From: Candidatus Omnitrophota bacterium
Lineage (GTDB): Bacteria; Omnitrophota; Gorgyraeia; Aquiviventales; Aquiviventaceae
DNA: 63,610 bases
Assembly (NCBI GenBank): GCA_016190215.1
Contig: JACPRA010000039.1
Location: 1-63,610 of the forward strand
Direction: 5' to 3'
A model generated the notes under the pieces. That model saw only the letters and a list, made by a program, of their open reading frames with translations, was not told the DNA's origin and ran no database searches. Both the position numbers and the translations under genes were made by a program. This document shows positions 39,777 to 49,400 of the stretch, piece after piece (within the stretch, counting starts at the first letter, position 1; each line of letters opens with the position of its first letter).

Positions 39777-39910
39777 ATGTAGGGATCGTCACCCAGTACT
39801 CGGTCCACGGTCACGAATAGCGTTACGGTGCACGGCCTTCGATCTTGACATCATTCGTCACCGCATTCCGTCACGTCTAACGTGACCGACCCCCGACTGC
39901 CGGCAACCAT

Positions 39911-40717
39911 TTATCCGACGATGTCTTCCGCTCCGTCAACGCCGATGACATTGCCGGTGATCCAATGCGTCTCCGGCGATGAGAGGGCGACGATCGCCTG
40001 CGCCACCTCGTCCGGCGTCGTCAGGCGATGGTGGGGATTCCGCAGCTTCGCGAACTCGATCATCTGGTCGCTGCCGGGGATCTTGCGCAAGGCGGGCGTG
40101 TCCGTCACCCCGGCGCGGATGGTATTCGCGCTGATGCCGTGCGGCGCCAATTCCATGGCGAGCTGGCGCATATGGGACTCCAGCGCCGCTTTCGCCGCGG
40201 ACACCGCGCCGTAATTGTGCCACACCCGCGTGCCGCCGGAGCTGGTCATCGCGAAAATCTTTCCGCCCTGCCCCAGCAGCTTGCGCCAAAACAGGTCCTG
40301 CACCCAATAGACCAGGCTGTTGGCCATGACGTTCACGGTCATCTCCATCTGGTCCTGCGTGATGGAGTCTTTTGGCTCCGCCGCTAAGTACGGTTTGAGC
40401 GTGCCGAAAGCGAGGGAGTGCATGACCACTTGAACCGTGCCGGAGGGCTGGCTGGCGCGGAGCGTCTGCTCAAGCTGGGTCAGGATCTCCGCCCGCTTCT
40501 CCGCGTCGGCCGCGTTGGCGTTGAAAAACAGCGCCTCGCGCCCGGTCTGCTTGATCTGCTGGATGACCTGTTCCGCATTCGCCATGGTGCCTTTTCGATC
40601 CAAGTGCACCCCGGCGATGTGAAACCCATGCTTGGCCAGCGCGAGCGACGCGGCCGCGCCGAACCCGCTGGAAGCGCCCAAAATCAACGCCCAACGATTG
40701 GAAGAAGGTGTGCTCAT
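39911..40717 (-). CDS. SDR-family oxidoreductase (FabL-like enoyl-ACP reductase candidate)
   Basis: LILGASSGFGAA Rossmann motif, YGAVSAAKAALE (YxxxK); overall resemblance to FabL-type reductases judged by eye. Confidence 0.6.
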   Translation of the reverse strand: MSTPSSNRWALILGASSGFGAAASLALAKHGFHIAGVHLDRKGTMANAEQVIQQIKQTGREALFFNANAADAEKRAEILTQLEQTLRASQPSGTVQVVMHSLAFGTLKPYLAAEPKDSITQDQMEMTVNVMANSLVYWVQDLFWRKLLGQGGKIFAMTSSGGTRVWHNYGAVSAAKAALESHMRQLAMELAPHGISANTIRAGVTDTPALRKIPGSDQMIEFAKLRNPHHRLTTPDEVAQAIVALSSPETHWITGNVIGVDGAEDIVG

Positions 40718-40767
40718 GGTGCGGCTAGATTAGCATCCGCCGCACCGTCGCGCAAGCGCAATTCAAA

Positions 40768-41604
40768 TCAGCTCTTCTGACACAGCAAAACTGTCGCAAA
40801 CGCAGGGCGGCTGTCCGCGGAAGCTGAGGTACCGGTGACCGAGCCGGTGCCACCGGATGCGGTTGACCCAGACACGGCGTGTGGGCCTTGCGTAGTCCAT
40901 CCGCTCATTAAAGGTTCGCCTCCGCCACCTCCATAGGGCCACGCATTATCATTTGTCTGCAACGTGCCAGCAGCGTGCGTGTGGCTCGGCCCCGCGTAGC
41001 TGCCTGTTCCATGCGTATGCGTATCCGATCCGCCGGCCGCAGCGTTGTACGAACCGCCCCCAACCAAAAACCGGCCATCAAGGACCGTAAGTCGCGTATA
41101 GCCAGCCGGACAACTGGCGCCAGTCCACATGATGACGGCGCCTGACGGCACCAGCTTGTTGGCGTCATCGGTGATCGTCGAGGTTGTCGTCGGCTGCGCC
41201 AGCCCTTCCGCCACCGCTGCCCGCAACGCCAGCGGGACGCTGACGATGCGCTGCCGAGGCAGCAGCTCCGGGTCGGTGCCGATCTGGACAGTCAGCCAGC
41301 GCGGCTGGCTCCAGTCTACGGGGACGAGGGAGGTCACTTGGCCGAGGAAGACGGCGAAGTGGCCGCGCGAGACGGGGATGTTCGGTTGGATTTCTTGCCA
41401 AACGACCTGGCCGTCGGTTTCGGCATCGTAGAGCCGGAAGGTCAAGGTGTAGGGCCCCTCTAACGCAATGCCCTGCTGATCCACCGCCTGGCCTTGGTAG
41501 CGGATGAGGGGGGGAATCTCAGCAGCGAGGGGCTGTACGAGGGCCATACTCACGACCCCAACCAAACCCCACGCAAAAACGTGGCGATACCGCCAACTGC
41601 TCAT
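40768..41604 (-). CDS. secreted tail-fibre-like protein, paralog A (shared N-terminal module plus tail-collar-like, HxH-rich C-terminus)
   Basis: Signal peptide. N-terminal ~125 aa are highly similar by eye to the 42140-42988 product. C-terminus VIMWTGASCPAGYTRL..GRFLVGGG..DTHTHGTG..SHTHAAG resembles phage tail-collar / MdpB-type domains. Confidence 0.6.
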   Translation of the reverse strand: MSSWRYRHVFAWGLVGVVSMALVQPLAAEIPPLIRYQGQAVDQQGIALEGPYTLTFRLYDAETDGQVVWQEIQPNIPVSRGHFAVFLGQVTSLVPVDWSQPRWLTVQIGTDPELLPRQRIVSVPLALRAAVAEGLAQPTTTSTITDDANKLVPSGAVIMWTGASCPAGYTRLTVLDGRFLVGGGSYNAAAGGSDTHTHGTGSYAGPSHTHAAGTLQTNDNAWPYGGGGGEPLMSGWTTQGPHAVSGSTASGGTGSVTGTSASADSRPAFATVLLCQKS

Positions 41605-41625
41605 GTCGCTTTCTCCTGCAGTTCA

Positions 41626-41655
41626 CTGCATCATTGCAAGACCTGACCCCTATCT
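41626..41655. repeat. 30-nt repeat ctgcatcattgcaagacctgacccctatct (copy 1 of 4)
   Basis: Near-identical copies at 42090-42119, 43061-43090 and a 22-nt core at 43094-43115, all in the same orientation. Three copies lie upstream of gene starts at 41604, 42067 and 42988. Confidence 0.8.
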
Positions 41656-41689
41656 TCGCGAGTTTCGTTACGGTCTCGGGCGTGCCCGT

Positions 41690-42067
41690 TCAGCATGGCA
41701 CGGCTAGTAACGCCTCCGGTTTTCCCAGCAAGTGGGCCTCCTTTTCAACCAGGATGGCTGTATACCGGCCCTGGAAGACGTGGCCGACCCGGTGGTGGCG
41801 AGCATTGAAGGCTTGGGTGTACGAACCATTCAGGTGGCGCATGCCGATCGACAAGGTCGCCGCCAACGTCTCGATCAGCAGGTGGTAGTGGTTGTCCATC
41901 AAGCAATAGGCATAGCAGCGCCAGGCATAGCGCGACACCGCCTGGGCCAGAAGGCGACCGAAGTGCTGGCGATCTTCCTCGGACAGAAAGATGGCCTGTC
42001 GGGCGTTGCCGCGGCTGGTCAGATGATACACCGCGCCGGGGAACTGAATCCGTAAGGGCCTCGCCAT
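41690..42067 (-). mobile_element. truncated IS200/IS605-superfamily Y1 (RAYT-like) transposase gene
   Basis: RIQFPGAVYHLTSRGN, NHYHLLIE (HUH), HVFQGRYTAILVE (catalytic Tyr region). The frame stops about 10 aa later, where full-length homologs continue (..YIHLNPVRA..). 10-bp inverted repeat tagtaacgcc (41705-41714) / ggcgttacta (42125-42134). Confidence 0.65.
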
Positions 42068-42089
42068 CCTCCTCCTCCTCAACCCGTCC

Positions 42090-42119
42090 CTGCATTATTG
42101 CAAGACCTGACCCCTGTCT
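42090..42119. repeat. 30-nt repeat, copy 2 (ctgcattattgcaagacctgacccctgtct)
   Basis: Direct comparison with 41626-41655. Confidence 0.8.
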
Positions 42120-42139
42120 ACACTGGCGTTACTAACATT

Positions 42140-42988
42140 TTACCGACAACAAACTACAAAGACCGAGCTAGATAAAAATGGATTCTTGTCCGAGCAAGAC
42201 AGATGCTGGCCATTTTCCCCGAACGCTACAACACACCATCGCCCATCATCCTGGCATGCCGACGCGCCAGTACGTCCAGCCTGCAGGTTCAAGGTGAGGC
42301 ACTGGTGCTCATGGGGTTGGGAGGCAAAGCCAGTCGCATCCCTCCCATCCAATAGATCTGCGTCGAGACCCGATCCTGATCCCTGTGGGTTGATGGAGAG
42401 GGGTGGAAAGGTTCCGGTAATGGTTGAGGTAGATTGGGTTCCTGTGTGGTTGGCCCGGTTGAGCAAATCACTGACACGCTTACCATCCACCGTGTCGGCG
42501 TCCAGACCACTGCCTGAGCCTTGGGGACTAATCACGGACGGGGCGAATGTTCCTGTAACCATTGAGGTAGTGATAGGAGTGGTAAGCCTTTCAGCAGCTT
42601 CAGCCCGGATCGCCAGCGGGACGCTGACAATGCGCTGGCGGGGCAGCAGCTCCGGGTCGGTGCCGATCTGGACGGTCAGCCAGCAGGGTTCGCTCCAGTC
42701 AACGCTCGCGAGGGAGGTCACTTGGCCCAAGAAGACGGCGAAGTGACCGCGGGAGAGGGGGATGTTCGGCTGGATTTCTTGCCAGACGACCTGGCCGTTC
42801 GTTTCGGCATCGTAGAGCCGAAAGGTCAAGGCATACGGCCCCTCCAACGCCACGCCTTGCTGATCCACCGCCTGGCCTTGGTAGCGAACCAGGTGGGGGA
42901 TTTCCGCAGCGAGGGGCTGCGCGAATAGAACCCCCAGCAGCCCGACGACGCCCCACGTCATAGCGATGCGATACACCAACTTACTCAT
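42140..42988 (-). CDS. secreted tail-fibre-like protein, paralog B (shared N-terminal module plus GSGLDAD repeats and a Cys-rich C-terminus)
   Basis: Same N-terminal module as paralog A. C-terminus has two SPQGSGSGLDADxxDG repeats, typical of tail-fibre/needle proteins, then a Cys-rich tail. Confidence 0.6.
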   Translation of the reverse strand: MSKLVYRIAMTWGVVGLLGVLFAQPLAAEIPHLVRYQGQAVDQQGVALEGPYALTFRLYDAETNGQVVWQEIQPNIPLSRGHFAVFLGQVTSLASVDWSEPCWLTVQIGTDPELLPRQRIVSVPLAIRAEAAERLTTPITTSMVTGTFAPSVISPQGSGSGLDADTVDGKRVSDLLNRANHTGTQSTSTITGTFPPLSINPQGSGSGLDADLLDGRDATGFASQPHEHQCLTLNLQAGRTGASACQDDGRWCVVAFGENGQHLSCSDKNPFLSSSVFVVCCR

Positions 42989-43060
42989 TTGTTCTTCTCC
43001 TGTGAATTCGGCCTGGCACTATCAGGAACGCCTCCGGTTTTTTCTGACCCCCCGTTTCCC

Positions 43061-43115
43061 CTGCATCATTGCAAGACCTGACCCCTATCTTCAGTGCAAG
43101 ACCTGACCCCTGTCT
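43061..43115. repeat. 30-nt repeat copy 3 plus 22-nt core copy 4 in tandem
   Basis: ctgcatcattgcaagacctgacccctatct tca gtgcaagacctgacccctgtct. Flanked by cgcctccggtttt motifs at 43029-43044 and 43126-43140; a third copy is at 41711-41725. Confidence 0.8.
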
Positions 43116-43147
43116 TACGGTTTTCCGCCTCCGGTTTTCCTGAATCC

Positions 43148-43450
43148 TCATAGATACTCCACCGTCTCTCCGTATTTCTCAAAATTTCCTACCACCGTCT
43201 TGACGATGAAGTCGTAGTCGGCATCAGAAACGGCTTCGTGCTCGTGAGGAGGTAACCACTTTCTATCTTTCGAAGGATAAATCAGTATGCTGGGCTTCCC
43301 GGGAAATCGCTCCATGAATATTTCAATTTTCCTTCCTTTAAACTCGACGAGGACAGAGTCTCTCGTTCCTCCGACAATGTAGCAGTCTTTGGCAATTCGT
43401 ATCTTCAATGCCTGTTTAACATATCCAACTAGCGTTCGGAATAACTTCAT
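43148..43450 (-). CDS. putative immunity protein for the upstream RHS C-terminal toxin
   Basis: 100-aa ORF, visibly AT-richer. Its ATG overlaps the RHS TGA by 1 nt (TGATG). No family recognised; the call rests on position. Confidence 0.55.
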   Translation of the reverse strand: MKLFRTLVGYVKQALKIRIAKDCYIVGGTRDSVLVEFKGRKIEIFMERFPGKPSILIYPSKDRKWLPPHEHEAVSDADYDFIVKTVVGNFEKYGETVEYL

Positions 43451-46400
43451 CACAACCTCCGCAGTACGGTGTTCTTGAAAAACTTCAGGACTGGATTTTC
43501 GATCCGATTGAACACACTATTTACCCTTGGATTCCTCAAGAACGCATATACGGTTCCCTTCGCATTAGCAGCAAAAGTACCTGATGCAGCGTCCCAGATG
43601 CCCTGTGGCAGATTCCTTCTAAGGAATTTTCTTGAGAGAAATTCCAGGCCATTCAACAGCCTGCCTCCAAGCGTTTGTTCCATGAGCTGCCCGACGCGGG
43701 CCCCTCGCGCTACCCCCAAAGCGCCTTCTCCCGAGTACAACACTGTCCGACTGCCAGCATTTAAGGACCCGGCGCCCCCAGCGGCAAGGCTGAGACCAAA
43801 CCCAGCCACTTTTCCCATCTTATAGAGTCCGCTCGATTTGTTCACATACTCGTTTAATCCCAACCGTCCACGAACCCAATCGGTCACTCCGAACGAGAAC
43901 ATATCACCCGTGCCCGCAAAGAAATCCGAAGCTCCTGAGATCAATGGCTCAGCCAGCACAGCAGGGTCGGCAGTTCGGAGCCGAGTTGCCAATTGTTGCA
44001 TTGCTTTGATGTTGAGAACTGCACCCGTACCCACCCCACCAACCTGCGCTGCCTGACCGAACTGTGCGAAGGTCACGCCTGGCAGGGATACCAAGGAACT
44101 GAATGGGGTGGACTCAATCGGACCGGGAGGAAGACTCGGCGAACCTCCTCCCCTTCCGCCGAAGAGCTTAAATCCGAGAAAGATAAGACCGCCGATGATC
44201 CCAATGGCTCCAAGGGCACCTAACCACGGAGCAGCAGCCCCCCACACATCCGATAACGCCGCGACCGCTCCACTGCCGAGACTGACTGGCTCAACCACTA
44301 ATCCTGAGGGATCCGTGAATCGCAGGGGATTATTGCGAACGTAGGCGAAGCGATTGAGGAATTGTGGATCGGCTGGGTTCTGGACGAGGGGGTCGGCGGA
44401 AAGGAAGCGGCCTAGGGATGGGTCGTAGTAGCGGGCTTGGTAGAAGTAGAGGCCGGTTTCAGGGTCGGCGAGCTGGCCGGTGAATTGGTGGGCGACGTCC
44501 ACCGGGCCGGTTTTTTGGCGGACCTCGCCGAAGGGGGCGTAGGCGTAGCGGGCTACGGCGGCGCCGGCGGCATCGGTGACGACGTTGGTGGAGCCCAGGT
44601 GATCCGGGTGGTAGAAGCGCGCGGGGCCACCGGAGGGCTTGGACGCCACCAACATGCCGCCGGCGAAGATGTGCTTCGTGGTGTCGGCCGCGCTGCGCTC
44701 GTACAGATCACCGACGTACGTCGTGCTGGAGGAGGCGGTGGCTTTCTTCACGCGCACGCCGTCGCCGTCGTAGGTCAAGCGGGTGGCGGTGTCTTTGGGC
44801 AGCGGCGGCGCCCACGCGGCTTGGCGGACGGCGTGCAGATAATAAGCGCCGGCCGGGTGGACCTCGGCGGTCTCGACCAGCGAACCGCTGGCTGGGTCGT
44901 ACTCGGCGAAGGCATCGTAATCTTCGCCCCGAACCAGCGGATCCAGCAACCAGCCAGCGGGCTGCGCCGTCAGGGCGCTGGAACCGATAAGGTGCGAGCC
45001 AGGCTCAAGGGAGAAGGCGGGTTTCCTGGTCGGGGTCTTGCCGGTCAGCGTGACTGTCAGGCCGGCGGGAGTGGCGCAGTAGACCTGGTAGCCGCGGCCG
45101 TATTCCAGCGTGGAGAAGTCGTCAAACTGCGGATCGCCGACGTGATCTTCGAGCCGATGGGTCTGCGGGTTGTAGCGGCTGATCTGTTGGATGTCGGCGC
45201 CGAAGGAGGGGAAGACGGCGCGGATGCTGAGGTCATCCGGGATGACCGGCAGGCTGAAGAAGTTCCAGCCGAACTGGAGCGCCACGCTCACCGTCTCCGT
45301 CGTCGGGGCGGCGACATGCACCATCCGGTTGTCGGCGTCCACGTCAAACCGGGTGGCTGACAGTTCGCGGGCGGCGGGGCTTTGCGCGGCGGAGAATTTG
45401 GCGGCCATGCTGCCATTGGCGTCGTACTCAAAGGCCCAGCCTTCGGAGGTGGCCGTCACAGCATGCGGCCGGCGGCCGTTGGGCTGGTCGTAGGAGAGCG
45501 TGGTAGAGCCTTTGACCGTGAGGTTGCCCAACGGATCGTACGCGAACGTCCAGGCTTGATCGGGTTCGTCGGCGCGGGCAAGCCGGTCCAGATCGTCGTA
45601 GGCAAAGGTCTCCACTTCTCCGGCTCGGACGTCCTCTACTCGAGTGAGGTTGCCCACGGCATCATACGCGTACGCAATATCCTGCAGGACGGCCGAGGAC
45701 GCACCGCGGGTGGTCAAATGCGTGGCGCGCAGGGTGCGCGGGTCATAGGCATAGCTGGTGGTGGTGCCGTTGCCCAGCGTCAGCACTGTCGGTTGATCGG
45801 CCGCGTTGTACTCGATGCCCTGGACGTAGCTGGTCGCATCGGACGCCACCGTCTCCACCCCGCCTTGCGCATTGTAGGTATACGCCACCCGCTCACCGTC
45901 GGGATACGTCAGGCTCGTCAGCCGGTCCAATAGATCGAAATTGGCCTCAAACACGTTAGAGGCGCCTTCGATGGTGTGCGTTTCTTTGATCGTCCGGCCC
46001 AGGTTGTCATATTCGAAATGCGCCGAGCTCACCGGGTCTTGGCGGCCCGTCAGGCGGCCAATGGAGAAGGACCCGGCCGAGCCATCATAGGTATAGGTGA
46101 TGGGGCCGGCGTCGGGAATGCCGGAGCCGGCCGGGATCGCAAACTCCACGCGCGTGGGCCGATCCAGCGGGTCGTAGTTGACGCCTTGCTCTACACCCCG
46201 GGCGTCCGTCTGCCGGATAAGGTTGTCCACCGCGTCATACGCCGACGTCCAGCGGCCCATATCCGGATCGTCGAGCTCAGTCCGCCGGCTGAGCGAATCG
46301 TAGGCGGCGCGCGTGACGTTGCCGCGGGCGTCGGTCACCTGAGTCAGGTTGTCGAGCGGGTCGTACTGGTAGGCGGTGCGGAAGATCTGCGAGCCGGCGA

Positions 46401-49400
46401 ACTCCTCCATCTGAGCGAGCCGTCCCTGCGCATCGGCGGTGGAGCGGGAGCGGTGGCCGTTGGCATCGGTGCTCGTGACGGTCCAGTCGTCGTAGGCCGT
46501 GGCCCACGTGGAGCCGTCCGGCTCAACCGTTTCCACAGGACGGCCCACCGCGTCGTACGTGTACGAGACCGCCGCGATGCTCGCGGCCGACGGCTCCTGG
46601 CTCATGGGCACATAGGACGAGGAGAGCGCGGAGCGATACGGAAGCCACTGTTTGGTCACGAGACCACGGTCGTCAAGCTCGGCCGCCCCGGTCACGATTT
46701 GTTGGGCAGGGTCTTCCGCGGGAGCGCGCGTCTGGACGGCGCGGCCCACACCGTCGAAAAAGGTGTAGCTTGTGAGCAACTTCGATTCGCCGCTGCGCTC
46801 CCGGACCTGTGTCGTCACCCGCGAGGGCACTGTGGACACCTCATACGCGAAGGCCATCGTGGGCAACGCCGCGGAGTCATTCGGGCCGATGAGCGCGCTG
46901 GGGCGCCCAAACACATCGTAGCGGGCCTGGGTCGTCACCCCGTTCGGATCAGTGGAGCGGGTCACCAGGCCGAACCGGGCGTCCCGCTCCATCTGCTGGA
47001 CATGGCCGGCGGCATTGGTGAGGCGCACGAGGAAGGCGTGAGACTCGTCATCGTAGCCAAGGGTAGTGGTTCGGGCGAGCGGATCGGTGAGGCGGGTGAC
47101 GTTGCCGTACTGATCGTACGCCAGATGGGTCGTCAGATACTCGTTGGTGGCGTTGAGCCATTCTGACACGGCGGTCAGGTTGCCTGTCGTCGGCGGATCG
47201 GTCAGGGCGGGATGATTGTCGTAGAAGAACCGCTGTTCCTTGAGGCGCGTGGTGCCATCCGGCCCGGCCACGGTAATCACGGCAGGCCGGTTGACGATCC
47301 ATGCCGATGGGTTGAGGGCGTAGCCGACGCGCGTGGTGCGCTCATCCCCGCTCACGCTCGTGTCGCCTTCTTCCGTGATCCGCGTCACGTTGCCGAAATC
47401 GTCGTACTCCAGCGACACGGCTGTCTCTTTCGACGACGCGTTCCCATCTAAGATGGTCTGCGCTTGGCGCTCCAACCGGCAGAAGCTGACCCCGGGGTCA
47501 GGGTCCGTGCATCGCCATGCGCTGGCCTGCTCCGCATAGCGGGCCCCCGACACATCGGTGACGGTGGAGCGCTCGAGGCGGCCTTTCAGGCGGTCATCCT
47601 GATGGAACCGCAACTCCGTGGTGGTGCCCGCGGCGTCGCGCGCCTGCACCACGGCGAACCCACGGAATTCTTTCGTCGCCGGATCGTACCGGCCGCCCTC
47701 GTAGCTGTAGCGCGTCGTCACCTGATGGTCGAGGCCGTCGTCCAGCGTCACGGCATCCACCACCGGCACCACAAAGGGTAAATCCGGCAGCGCATCGTCG
47801 CCGGTGTTGTCCAGGAGCCCGGAGGGGCGGTAGGTGAACGCGGCACTGCCCCCGATCCCATTCATTTGGCGGCTCAGCAGGTCCACGATCGCGCCGGTGG
47901 ATTGCGCCAGCTCGCCGGCGCCGGTGATCGGATCGAACACCCCTGGGTCGGCCAGCCCGTCGCCGTTGAAGTCGCCCACCTGGACCTGGTCGTTGGCGTC
48001 GCGCATGCTGAAGGTGGCAGCTACCGTCCGGGGGCTTCCAAATCCCGCGCCGGTGGCGGGAGCGTAGATCACCTGGCCCGCCGCCCGATTGTAGTACGCG
48101 ACGTCGCTGAGCCCGTCGCCGTTGAAGTCGGCGACAAGATGCTCTTGCCCTGCCCCGAACCCCTCCAGCCAGTTGGCCGATTCGACGAACTGCGATCCGT
48201 TGGAGAGGGCAACGCTGATCTGGCCGGAAGAGCGGTTGGCGAGGCCGATATCCGTCAGCCCATCGCCGTTGAAGTCGCCGGTCAGCGGTTCATGATTCCC
48301 CGAGCCCCAAGTGAGGGCAAAGGAACTCGCCGGCGAAAACACGCTCCCGCTGCTGAGCGCGACGGACCATGCGCCCACATTGTAGGTAGCCAGGTCGGAT
48401 GCGCCGTCGCCGTTGAAATCGCCGACGAACGGAGTGCCGCCGCCGAACGATAGGGCCGGCAGCGCGTCCGGCTGAAAACTCGAGCCGGTGGACCGCGCGA
48501 ACCGCCAGCTCCCGGCCTGATACGTCGCCACGTCGGTTCGGCCGTCGCCGTCCCAATCCCCCAGCACCGGGGCGGTCTGGACGGTGCCGAATCCGGAGAG
48601 CCAGGCGCTTCCCACCTCGAACAATCCGGCCCGGGATGCGGACACCGCCCACGTGCCGCTGGGCTGATCGAAGAAGGCTAGATCGCTGAGCCCATCGCCG
48701 TTGAAATCGCCGGAGAGCGACGGTTGGAGGAACTGCACCGGGTTCATAATGTCCACTTGGCCGGCGGGAGAACCGCTGAGCTGCCAGCCGAAGCCGCTGT
48801 TCTGGTTATAGGAGGTAATTTCAACGAGGTTCCATCCGGCGTTGAGCGACAAGGATTTGGCGGGCCAGCCAGGAATCTCTTGGAGCGTGCCGTTCAGGAA
48901 GACGCGGATCTGGGAATCCTCGGACGTGCTGAACGTGAGCGACGCCGTCTTGGGGCTTGCGACGAACAGATAGGTCCAGAAGTACAGATTCATGTCCCGA
49001 TCAGCGCCGACGGACAGGTTGCCTTGGCCGTTGATATTCCACGTGAGGCCGGGCGCGCTGCCGGAGGGCTGCGTGAACGTCGGAGAGGTTTCGGACCAGC
49101 TCACAATCTGGCTGGGATACAGGGGGGCGCCGTTTTCATCCCCCCAGTCCTTGCTCGCAAACCGCACGTTCCACAAGTTCGAGCCGCGCAACCCCGTATT
49201 CGAGGAGACGATATAGGTGGGTTGCGCGTCCGACTGGTAGGTGAAGGTGGTGGGCGGCAAGGCGGACACGCCGTCCGTTCCCACCTGCGTGACCGATGCC
49301 AGCAGGCTGCGTCCGGTGCGGGGGCTGAGCTGATAGGCCAGTTGATACCGGCGCACGAGCTGATCGGCAGCGGTCACGACGATCTCCTTCAACCGTTTCG

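Noticed and set aside
41690-42082. Active IS200/IS605-type insertion sequence
   Set aside because: The ORF stops shortly after the catalytic-Tyr region, where homologs continue. There is no tnpB partner and no clear subterminal hairpins. I treat it as a remnant or domesticated fragment.
40768-42988. Prophage or phage-tail remnant, suggested by the tail-fibre-like proteins
   Set aside because: No capsid, terminase, baseplate, sheath, tube or integrase genes are nearby. Both proteins carry Sec-type signal peptides, and the flanks are housekeeping and RHS genes.
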